Shown here piece after piece: positions 1 through 10,437 of a DNA stretch of 32,000 nucleotides; the stretch's first letter is position 1; every line of letters begins with the position of its first letter. Location of the stretch: contig NW_008806287.1 of NCBI RefSeq assembly GCF_000400465.1, forward strand, positions 270,001 through 302,000, read 5' to 3'. The DNA comes from Wallemia ichthyophaga EXF-994 (Eukaryota > Fungi > Basidiomycota). The translations under genes were made by a program, and so were the position numbers. The notes under the pieces are model-generated. The model did not search any database and was not told the DNA's origin. It was given only the letters and a program-made list of their open reading frames with translations.

Positions 1-1
1 A

Positions 2-610
2 AATGAGCAGACCGATGCACGTCTCAAGAATGAAGGCTTGCCAGACATGTTGAAGTCTTCTGTTGAGGAAACACTGGTATTTCACGAGAACTACGCCAAG
101 GAAAGAGAGGCAAATAGCTTCAAAGAGCAGCAAGCTATATCGAAGCAAGTGAATGATGCCGAGAAGAAGAGAAAGCATGAGCAGCCAATATTCTCTGCGA
201 TCGACGTCGAAACAAAGCGTTTCAAGAGCGAGTCTGGTGAGGAGGTGGAATCATCTACTGTGCTCGTTGATAAGGAGAATTCGAGCTCCGATTTCGAGTT
301 GGTGCAGTCAGAATGGATTGAAGAGAAGGAGGTAGGTGAGAATCAGAATGGAAATGGCGCCGTCCAGAAGTTCAACGACACCGCCCACCAATCACCTACA
401 TTGGCATTATTTAGAAGACCCTCAATCAGAACTATGCTCGCCGCTCTCGCTGTAAACTTGCTCATTCCATTTGTGAACGGTATCGCGCTCGGATTTGGTG
501 AAATTTTCGGCAGAGAAGTGCTCGTAGGATACTTTGGGTTTGGAAGGAGATGGTGGACACGCGTCGATAGTAGATCCAGCCTCGGTTCTGCCGGTGCTGG
601 ATTACGATAG
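2..610 (+). CDS. MIM1: Mim1/Tom13-domain mitochondrial outer-membrane insertase; frame open at the window start (first in-window ATG at 47)
   Basis: C-terminal segment LAVNLLIPFVNGIALGFGEIFGREV matches the Mim1/Tom13 signature (NLxLPFxNGxxLGFGE) as recalled, preceded by an acidic region. The frame is stop-free from position 2 to TAG at 608-610. Confidence 0.75.
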   Translation, partial: NEQTDARLKNEGLPDMLKSSVEETLVFHENYAKEREANSFKEQQAISKQVNDAEKKRKHEQPIFSAIDVETKRFKSESGEEVESSTVLVDKENSSSDFELVQSEWIEEKEVGENQNGNGAVQKFNDTAHQSPTLALFRRPSIRTMLAALAVNLLIPFVNGIALGFGEIFGREVLVGYFGFGRRWWTRVDSRSSLGSAGAGLR

Positions 611-768
611 ACCATAGACGTTTCCCCATAGTAACAATAACAACGACTGCAGTCTCTGTTTATACGTTGAATTTATATTTAATATGCATATCGCTACACT
701 TTATGATTATACGCGTCAAAGTCCCCTCACTGCCACCATCACAACAGCCGGTTTGGTGCAGAGGAGTG

Positions 769-3700
769 ATGCAGAGAACACGGTCAAACGAAACATCTTC
801 GCCGAGCTCGTCCAGTAAGAAAGGCCGCGGTGTTCGATCTCGTAAATCAACTCCAGTCAGTACAGACGCTAAACCTGGCCCCGTACCGCGACCCCGGGCG
901 CAGAAGCACCGGTTAAGTAACACGTCTACTCCAGCGCCTGAACAGCCATCTGCGAAGCGACCGAAATCACTGCAACAGCCGTCGTCGTCTGGCGTTCGAT
1001 CCGTAGACGTGATCGATCTCATCAGCGACGAAGACGGCGAAGAAACACCACCATCGATCCCATCCACTTTAAAGACAACACAGAAGGATAAAACGTCATC
1101 AATCAAGCACCATAAGAAGCAGAAAGCAACTGCATCGAAGCATCAAAATCAACAAGAGCAGCAGCCTGCCATACAATATCAACTAGTACCTAATGCAACT
1201 CCAATTCGACCCAATCCGTCTGTGCAGCACCCGCAGATAAGGACACCAACACCTAATCCACTCCCTGAAACGCGCCTCAGTCTGCCTTTCACATTGAAGC
1301 AGAGATCCGGGTATGTGTATGATGCGATGATGGTAGCACATGCAACTCAATACGATAATGAGCACGATCAGACTGAAGTGCCTGAACGCATCACTTTCAT
1401 TTTCACCACTCTCGCTAAAGCTCGCTGCATCAAGCTGATGAAACCTATACGGTGCAGACGCGCACTGAAAAAGGAGCTCATGTTAGTGCACAGTCAGAGA
1501 CATATCAATGATGTCAACGCTTTGCAATGTGAGTGTGTTATTATATGCCATATTCCATTAACATGTTCACTCAAGTTATCCCAGAAATCACCTTATATGG
1601 ACTTAGAGGGGTTTACGATAAAGAGAGCAGCATATTTGTTAATCCATTTACATCAGACTGCGCCCTACTCGCTGCTGGTAGTCTCATCGAGTTGACTAAG
1701 GCTGTCCTCGATGGTCTCATTCAGAACGGCTTCGCTATCGTCAGACCTCCAGGTCATCACGCAGAGCCCGAGCACGCTATGGGTTTTAGCTTTTACAATA
1801 ATGCTGCAGTTGCTGCGCGCTGGGCTATCACATCTTACAATACCATTAGAAAAGTATTGATATTAGATTGGTGGGTGATTTAGCTAGCTTTCGTAGGGCC
1901 TACTGACAGCTCCCAAGGGATGTACATCACGGTAGGTCGATGAATGTCTCATTATTGCATTATTCCTGACCCAAACCCCAGGCAACGGCACACAGAGAAC
2001 ATTCTGGGATGATCCCAACGTTCTCTATATCTCCATACACAGACACGAAGACGGCAACTTTTTTCCTCCTGGCTCCTACGGTGACTTTAAGAGCGTTGGA
2101 GGGCCGAATGCCAAGGGCTAGTAGGTTTTGTATTGCACAATGCAAAAGCAGCCATCTGACTCGCCATAGTAACGTCAACATTGGCTGGTCGTCTAAAGGA
2201 ATGGGCGACGCGGAGTATCTCGATGCATTCAATAGAGTGGTGATGCCAATCGCTTCTGAATTTAATCCCGACTTGGTCATCGGTGGGTGGGTGTATTAGC
2301 TATAGTGCCACGCTGATACAGAACAGTGTCGGCGGGATACGATGCCGCGGCTGGCGATCCTCTGGGCGAGAACGAAGTCTCGCCTACTGGGTACGCGCAA
2401 ATGACGAAGATGTTGCAAAATTTGGCTGGTGGTAGAGTGATTGTGTCGCTCGAAGTGGGTTGGTGAGCTCCTCATGATCACCAAGCTAACGGTCGACGAA
2501 GGGTGGCTACAATCTCAACGCTATTGCTGAATCAGCTCTTGCGACAGTCAAAACACTCCTTGGTCAGCCGCCTAGCATACATCTGAGGAAGCAGATACCA
2601 GAAACAAGCGCAGTCAATAAGGTGTCTCAGGTGGGCTTTTTACTTTTTAGACGAGCGATTTACTAATTAACTCAAGGTTCTGGCTCTCCACTCCAATTAC
2701 TGGCCATCATTGCGGAAGAGTGGCATGCCATTACTTGGTCAATCGCTGCAGAATATCAAGCAGAATACATCTAGATGGTATTCATTGGGACGTGGGTTGC
2801 TGCAAAAGTATTACTCCTCACTATTGACACCACCCTAGAACTGCTCAAAGATCGCTACTTCTCTCGTATGCTGCATAGTCATCCTGATTGCAAGCTGCTC
2901 TCAATGCCGTCGATATTCACGCCTGAGCCATTTGACTGCCAGGTCATGGCTGACACGAGCATACTCAAGTCGAACGTAATCCTTGTCTTTGTGCATGATA
3001 TGTAAGATTATGTTTGATCTCTTGCTGTCAAGCTAACGTGATTTTCAAGTGGTAACCTTTACAATGAATCATTGCAGGGGCGTGTAAGTAATGTGGGACA
3101 GCTCGAAGAGATTTTGGTAGGCAATGGTAGACACTAAGAACATTACTCACATCGCTAATCTCAGTTCCAAAACGGTTGCAGTCTACACAAATGGGCACAT
3201 GAGAATAATGCAGCGCGTCTCGAAGTCAGCGTTCACAGAGACTTTGAAAAGGAATTTCTGCCGAACATCGACACTAAGATCGACGAAACACCATTACAGC
3301 TCGATCTGATGATGGACGATTTGTGGGTCAATACTCTGAGGTGAGTGTAGAGTTATCTTCACGACGTAAACCCACATCTCGCCTCAGCCGGAGTGCTGCT
3401 TCTACAATCATCTTTGTTGGCTATAATGATGGTTGCAAAGCGATCCAGAGGCTTGCAGAAAAACATGCGAATTTTATGTCTAAGTTTGGTGGTGGTGTTC
3501 AAATACTTGGACCAAACTATATACCCGACCCTCCCAAAGCCATGCGACAGTGGTATTTAAGCGTGAGTGGGCGTGGTAGCGTTTATTTCGGGGACTGAAA
3601 ATATACTAGAAAAATTTTATGCTCATTCCATCTAGCCATCAACACCTTACTTCTACAAATACTGAAGAGACGGAAAACTACAAGATTTCAAGTGGGTTGT

Positions 3701-3821
3701 CTTGCTGCGCAGTTTGCTGCTCTAACAACAATTAGACGAGCGCCTTCCTGCGCAAATGCTGGCCAAGGAAATGGTGCGCGTCAAGTCTTACCTTCTAGAT
3801 AGAATATGGAGTACGCGATAA
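769..3821 (+). CDS. HDA1: Class II histone deacetylase, Hda1/Clr3 type, with C-terminal Arb2-like domain; 13 introns
   Basis: The spliced model gives [38 protein letters not shown] and LEGGY. Introns (44-50 nt, GT-AG): 1529-1575, 1871-1917, 1932-1981, 2121-2169, 2283-2326, 2455-2501, 2631-2676, 2792-2838, 3002-3049, 3117-3164, 3341-3387, 3563-3609, 3692-3735. Stop TAA 3819-3821. The start ATG (769 vs 703) and the last two introns are less certain. Confidence 0.93.
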
Positions 3822-4172
3822 TGCGTGCCCTAGAACTCAACGACTAAACAACCGATGAAATGCAAAACAAGAACAACAAAAATCACGAGCATCGTTGTAC
3901 TAATTTATTAATGTATGCAACTCAAAATTCTGCGTTTGATGAGCGATTTCACGTATGAAAAACCATTGAAATCGGAAATACTATCTTTTATACTGGCTTA
4001 CCGTTTTCGTCACCTCTCGTACGAATTTGTCACTGTCAGAGGATTTGTAGTGGCCATTACAAAATGAGTAATCTCGTAATCTGACGATCGGATATTTTTT
4101 TCTTGACGTCTCTCTGGCACTATCTAGCTTATAACTTAAAAAATTCCATTCGGTTCTGCTGAAGTTATCAGT

Positions 4173-5933
4173 ATGTACAATACCGGTGATACAGAGACAA
4201 TCATCGACGAGCCATCTGCCGATTACAAGAGTCCGGAGAGACGCAATTCGCAGCACACAAACACAGACTCCCAGGGATTGGGGGTGAGCGAGAAGGAAGG
4301 CGCTGGCGCTAGCGACCAAGCACAGGACCCGCAGGAGGCGACGGATAAAAGGGAAGACAGCACAGGAGCGTCAGAACCGATTACGCCGAAAAGATCCAGC
4401 AGCAATGCTGTGAATTTCATCTTCGAATGGGCAGCAGTATTAATATGCGTCTCGTCTATGCTCTTTACGCAGGTGGGAATAGGTGCCTATCTGGTAATCA
4501 CGAAGGAGTTCATCGCCGCGACTTTCAACATTGAGGGCAATGCTGGACAGCAATCGTGGATTATCGCGGCGCATTCGCTGACGGTGGGTACGTTTGTGCT
4601 GCCCGCTGGCAGACTAGGAGATATGTTCGGTAACAAGAAAATTCTCTGCATCGGTTTCTTGTGGTACTCTATCTGGTCGATGGTAACGGGGCTGACGGTA
4701 TACACGCGCTCGATCATTTTTTTCGATGTTTGCAGAGCATTGCAGGGGATAGCTCCCGCCTTGATGCTCCCGAACGCGGCGGGGATTATCGGGCGCACGT
4801 ATCCACCTGGTGTGAAGAAGGCCATCTCGTTTGCGCTTTTCGGAGCATCTGCGCCGAATGGATTTGTATTTGGAGCGTTATTTGTGGGTCAAACGGCTTA
4901 ATGTATTCAACCCCTCTCACACATACCACAGAGTAGTCTTTTTGCTCAGAGTTCCGTCAAAGCACCTGTCAACGGGGCTGAGTGGGCTTGGTCGAACTTC
5001 GTCCTCGCGATCGCTCTTGTGGTCATGTTCTGTCTGGCGATGTGGATTATCCCCGCAGATGGTGACAGGAGCGAGCAGAAGGGGCTCGGTTTCGACTACT
5101 GGGGCACGCTGACCGCCGTATCCGGACTGATCCTCTTCAACTTCGCTTGGAATCAGGCAGCCATTGTGACGTGGAATAATGGGTATGTGTGCGCACTACT
5201 TGTCGTCGGTGTACTCCTGCTCGGCGTGTTTGCATGGGTGGAGAGTCGCGTAGCCCAGCCGCTGCTGCCGCTGTCGGTGTTCCGCAATGTTCACAACAAC
5301 CTCATGCTCGGATGTATCGTCACCGGCTGGTCCACGTTCTCCATCTGGCTCTTCTATAGTATCAGGTTTATCCAGGATCTGCGCAACGTCGGCACGCTGG
5401 AGACTGTCTCTCAAATTGTGCCGTGTAGCGTAACAGGTTGTCTCGCCGCGTCCCTGTCTACCATCCTCATCCTCAAAGTGGGCGGGAGCTGGGTGATGAT
5501 CGGAGCGCTTTTCGCTTTCCTTACTGCCATCTGTCTCGTCGCTTTCCAGCCCGTCGATCTCACTTACTGGGCAATGCAGTTTGTTGCTTTCGTGATAGCG
5601 CCTTTCGGGATGGATATGAGCTTTCCAGCTGCATCTATCATTATTTCGGATCACCTTCCCCGCGAGCATCAAGGATTGGCGGGGTCGCTGGTTAATACAC
5701 TCGTCAACTACTCTATCGCAATTGCGTTGGGTATTGCGGCGACCGTTGAGATGAATGTTAATAACGGCGGTAGAGATACAGAGTCTGGGATCAGAGGCGC
5801 ACTTTATCTCGGGGTGGGATTGGCTGCAACGGGGGTCATACTCGCGCTCACCAACAAAATGATAGAGGTGGTTGAATCACGCAGATCAGCAGATCCCGAG
5901 AGCGCTCGTGAAGCTGGGAAAGCTTTAGAGTGA
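4173..5933 (+). CDS. MFS drug:H+ antiporter, DHA2 (14-TMS), Atr1-like; one intron 4884-4931
   Basis: Motif-A-like LPAGRLGDMFGNKK, RALQGIAPALMLPNA, FDYWG, LLPLSVF, DMSFPAASIIISDHLPREHQGLAGSLVNT. ORFs 4173 and 5019 join in frame through a 48-nt GTGGGT...CAG intron. Confidence 0.9.
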
Positions 5934-6290
5934 GCCTAACAAACTGTACCTGGCAGTCAGGAGATTGTCTGGTGTGTAAGCATCAACTTAAATCACAGTA
6001 TATATCACTTAGCTAATCAAATTATCAATACATTAATATCTCATAATTAAGCCTAAATTTGGACCTCAACTTGTTTTTACACAGCTCAAAATGTCTAATA
6101 TCACTCTTTATTTTATTTCAGATGCCTTTCAATCTCTTATGCATTAGCTGTCATTGTTATTTGGTTGATATCATATGTTCGCTGGAAGACATACATTCGA
6201 CGGTAAAAATTTGAAGAATTCGCACTCATTATACACCTCTCTATCATATTAATTCAATTGATTGTGATAGTCATCTACAAACCAACTGCC

Positions 6291-7067
6291 ATGACGCTTC
6301 CATGTTTTTTTTTTTCACAACAGGCACCTCTTTGGTTTAGCAGAGAGCTAGCTAACCAACTAAACGAGTAAATTCACGTGGTAATCGCCACAGCTCGAAA
6401 ACTTGTAAGCGTTTAAGACTTGAATGAGCTTGCCAATGTTTCTATTCTCCAGCTGAACGTGTCGAGTGCGGAGGCAGACATAGCGCGTGTTGTCGAGGAA
6501 GTGATTGCAATGCACGGTAATTTAACACCAATCAACAATCCCAGCAGTGCGCTGTCTGCTTGTGTCGAAGAGCTCTCCTTAGACCAAGCCATGGCGCAAT
6601 TCGACGTCAACTACCGGGGTGCTTTGGCATTCACTCGCAAATTCCTGTCACACTTAAAAATGCGCATGGGAAAGTCCAATTACATCTGTGTGTGGCATTT
6701 AGTCCTAGCCTGCTTTGCCTTACTACGACGACAAATTTTTACATTGAAGGCGTCATTCGAAGCGCTCAGATTCGAGACGGATTAATTACGTATACAGGTC
6801 ATCTTGATCGAGCCCGGGTACATTGTTTTCACGGCGCTATGCCTCTCTCACATACTTCAGATACTTCCGCACCAACTCCTTGAAAGAGGTTTGTCCTACT
6901 ATCTAACTAACACAAGTGTTTCCAAAGATATAACCGATTGATTATTGTCTGCTAGAGTTGCACTGAGTTCTGACGGTCGCGACTTAATCGTCAAAGAGAC
7001 TCATGGTCTGATCGATAACTGCAACAAGTGGGCAGTATTCTTTAAGTTGATCGACTACAAGACGTAG
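6291..7067 (+). pseudogene. Decayed short-chain dehydrogenase/reductase (SDR) gene
   Basis: Recognisable remnants: TGTS..RELA (Rossmann motif broken by a frameshift near 6332-6341), VVIATARK, ILQLNVS, EELSLDQAMAQFDVNYRG, EALRFE, QVILIEPG and a C-terminal VALSSDG..W segment. In-frame TAA at 6369, 6414 and 6783. No intact YxxxK. Confidence 0.8.
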
Positions 7068-7173
7068 CAATGTAGCACATTAGCACTGTCTTGGAATGTA
7101 AAGCGCGTATTATAGATGGCATACATTGAGCAAAATGCAATAATTAAAACCATATACACAACATCAAAACAAA

Positions 7174-8506
7174 TTAAGCTGAAGCTTGTCTGACATTTTC
7201 GCGCCTGATTAATTCCTCTTTAGCTCTATAGTAATCCCAACCTTCACGCAGACCCCTTCTAATAACGTCCTGGTGAGAAGGAGGGCAGTGAGCATGAGGG
7301 GGCGGAGGATCAAGATCCAAGTTGGTTGGGAGAGAGTAGCCCTCACCAGCAATGCAGATGAGAGCATCAAGGGAGTATGAGAAGCCGCATTCTGCGTGCA
7401 TGCGTTTGAGGTCATCCCACACATTCAAAACGACCGCTGTCCTGTTAACACTTTCCATTGGCTTGCCGAATGCGCTTGAAATCTGAAGCAGATTGGCAGA
7501 ACGCCTCACACTGTCACTTCCTGAGGTAACATTCGCCCCAGCTGCATGATGTAGACCTGGATTAAAGAAAATTGAATCACCTTTCGACATAGGGATGGCG
7601 ATTGCGTGTGCTTTGAAGTATTCGACGAGCTCTTTGTTGCGATAGTGGCTATATCCCGCGTCGTACTTCTGACTGAATGGCAGCAAGAGTGTCGGTCCAC
7701 TCTCGAGTGGCATGTCGCAATGCGCTATGGCACCTTGCAGTGTGAGCAGCTGTGTAGCAATCTGCGTGATGGCTGGGTATCGCGCTGTTTGCTCGCTGCT
7801 CTGGAATCCCAAGGGAAAATCTCTGTGAGGCTCTTGTGCAGCACCACTGGTTGTGTTGTGTTAGCTGTTAGCTGTCCATGTAATTGGCATAACTTGCGGT
7901 CTTACGACTTACGAAGGCAAGACTATGTTGAGCTATAAGTCGCGTGAGTCTTGCACCTGTTTGTCTATCTATACACATTGCACCAACTTACCTGTGACGT
8001 CAACGCGTATGCGGGGCCGAGCCAAGCCTCGCAAATGAGATTTCTGCGAGATGATGTGAGCGTGGGTGTGTAAAGCGCAATACATACAAGACTGGGTTAC
8101 TGTAGTAATCGACAAAGCCCTCTGGATCTTGGTGTGCATGTTTCTGAAAAAAGTTCCAGATTCTCTCATTCTTACCGCCTGCAGCGAAATGGTCACCTCT
8201 GGCAGGATATTCAAGTTTCTCTCTATCGATGATGGTGTTCGCTGCAACCTGTGCTCTGTCCAGCGTGTCGAGGTTGTCGGACAAGTTCTTCACCACGAAC
8301 ACCCCAGGGCCGTCCTTGAGGATGGTGTGCCACTCGTTCATTATCTCTGAAGCATCTACGAGCGGGATATCCTCCTTGTAGTAGATGGGCACAGACTTGA
8401 TGACGTCACGTGCTCGAGGCACTTCACTCTTGCTAATGCTCGAGCTGGAGCAGATTTCGCTAAGCGCGTTGGCATTGTACTTTGGGAACTGACGCTGGGA
8501 TGCCAT
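7174..8506 (-). CDS. Phytanoyl-CoA dioxygenase (PhyH)-family Fe(II)/2-oxoglutarate dioxygenase; 3 introns
   Basis: Splicing gives ...AWLGPAYALTSQ|LNIVLPS|GAAQEPHRDFPLGF..., supplying H-x-D, plus the distal His in NPGLHHAAGAN and RSANLLQISSAFGKPME. A 20-nt internal exon lies at 7913-7932. Confidence 0.85.
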
Positions 8507-8697
8507 CTTTGGGACTGTATTGGTCGCTGCACAGCAAGCGGATTAAATACTCAATACTCAACCGAACCACGAATTTACCGGAGATGCGCGGTGGTCGCAG
8601 GTAGTCCTGCTGACGATGTGACCATGACGTAAAACGTCGGCTGCATGGTAAATCCTTCTCATTCTTTCGTTATATAGGTATGGTAATGTACATGTAT

Positions 8698-8719
8698 TAT
8701 ATATATATATGTGTGTGTG
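8698..8719. repeat. Compound (TA)n(TG)n microsatellite
   Basis: tatatatatatatgtgtgtgtg read directly between the GLE1 stop and the PhyH start. Confidence 0.8.
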
Positions 8720-8757
8720 CAAGTGTACAGGCGTCTAAGTTTCCTAAAGTTAAAGTG

Positions 8758-10409
8758 CTAATTCTCCCACGACCTCCCCTCCACTCCACTCAACGGCAAT
8801 CCCGAGGACCATTTATCGAGGAGGAGTCTAATACGAGTGAGATTAGCTTCGCTGTTGCTAGCCCAGGCGTTATCGTCATCAATGACCGTCTTAAGAAGCC
8901 GGAGCACCTTCCTCGCCTGCTCCCCAAAAGCAATTTGCCAAGGCTGACCAAGGATTTCGAAGAAGGTGGCAAGGAGTTGCGGGATAGTGGCGAGGGTGGG
9001 CAAGGGAGGGCGGAGTGCGTGAGCGAGCCAAGTCCAGCACATTCCGAAACGGAATTGGGGAGGAATGCGACTGACGAGGTCATCCTGTGTTGCATTTCTT
9101 GCCTGATCACCCGACAAAACAAGGTTATCTGTACTGACGCGCGTTTGCAGAATAGCAAAGTATAGAGCGAGTATACCGCTCATGCGGTCGTTGTATTGCA
9201 CGGTGGTTTCAGAGGCGTTTTTGCGTCCTACACGTCGTTTATACGCTTCTTCATTCTCTCCATCGGATTTGGTGGGGTAGTAGGGGATTGTCCAGCATGC
9301 CTTCTTTACCATGCGTCCCATTAGAATTTCAGCAAGACGAGGGTGTTCATTGAGCGAGAGAGACATGACAAGTCGGGCGAGTGGGAAAGCAGTGGACGAT
9401 TTCGCACTCACTTCAGTCTCGGCTTGACGGAGAAGACATTTGGAGAGATGGTTAAGAAGCCATGTGTAAGCGGGCGAAGACTCGCCGTGGAGTAGTTTAG
9501 GTTCGTTAAGGGTGTCATTGATTTCATTTGTCTTTGAGGGGAGAGTTAGGGTGGTGAAGGGGAAGAGTAAGTACTTACGATGCGCGTGGTTTGAGTAATA
9601 GAGTTAGTTAGTTGACCAATTTTTGGTGTTATTTTGCGTTTGGAAGCAGAGCAAGCCTTCTTAATGGCAGGGTTTTGGGAGACTTGAGGGAGAACAACGT
9701 GTTTAATGTGGATGATGAGGTTGTAGTAGTGTAGATAATCATCTCTAGCCTTGTTTTGGGTAAACTTGAGAGATTGTGATTGAGATTGGAGGTGTTTGAG
9801 GTGTTGCTGGTGTTGTTGAAGGTGTAATTGTTGTTGTTGTTGTTCTTGCTGTTGCTCTTGTTTACGCTGTTGGTCTTTATCATGAGCTACTTGATCAACA
9901 CGTTTCTTCTCCTCAGATTTGAGTCTATTCTCCTCAGCCTCCCTCTGTGCCTGGATATCAGACTCCTTTTGAGCAAAATCAATGGAAGTTTCAATGGACA
10001 ACCAAAGCTGTTTATTGCGCTGATTAAATGCTTTTTCGAGGTCAATAGAATCTTGTTTAGATTTTAATTGTAATTGAGATATTGTTCGTTGAATATGGTC
10101 AATATCCTTGTCTTCATCGTTGGATGAACCTAGTTGGCCAATCGAATGAGAAAACGAGTTACTTAAATTACTAAAATTAATTGGATGGTTGTGGATATTA
10201 TCAAAGACTTCCACCTCATCAAATCTACCAAATTCACTGTTTAAATGGTTTGAATCGGATTTTACTAATGAATTTGAAGTTGGTGATTTGAGAATTGATT
10301 TAATTGGTTTGATATTATTCATGTCGTCATCACTGTTACCATCACTATCATCGCTATCACTTAAACCATATCCATTCCTATATCTCTCATCTGGTACGCT
10401 AAATCTCAT
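8758..10409 (-). CDS. GLE1: mRNA export factor Gle1; one intron 9578-9532
   Basis: Charged/Q-rich coiled-coil N-terminal half, then KRKITPKIGQLTNS|...AYTWLLNHLSKCLLRQAETEV..AFPLA, ILMGRMVKKACWTIPYY and QYNDRMSGILALYFAILQT, which match the recalled GLE1 domain. First ATG in the frame after the ORF-track start is at 10409 (MRFSVPDE). Confidence 0.88.
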
Positions 10410-10437
10410 CTCTTGATTGTTAACCACCACGAAAGAG

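Noticed and set aside
6369-6785. Three in-frame TAA codons in the SDR might signal stop-codon recoding or RIP-like mutation
   Set aside because: TAA is a normal terminator in this window (HDA1, RPB1, GLE1), the SDR also has frameshifts and lost motifs, and ancestral codons cannot be inferred. Simple decay suffices.
9567-9578. Perfect palindrome GTAAGTACTTAC at the GLE1 intron donor
   Set aside because: It arises from a consensus GTAAGT donor plus six bases, has no loop for a stable hairpin, and there is no matching plus-strand gene.
9780-9883. (TTG)n and other low-complexity tracts, also (CACCTG)n/(CTG)n at about 13851-13890 and (GGCAGT)n at about 14274-14345
   Set aside because: They encode poly-Q, QV and GS linkers within GLE1, the CFIm68-like protein and Rad17, which is ordinary coding slippage.
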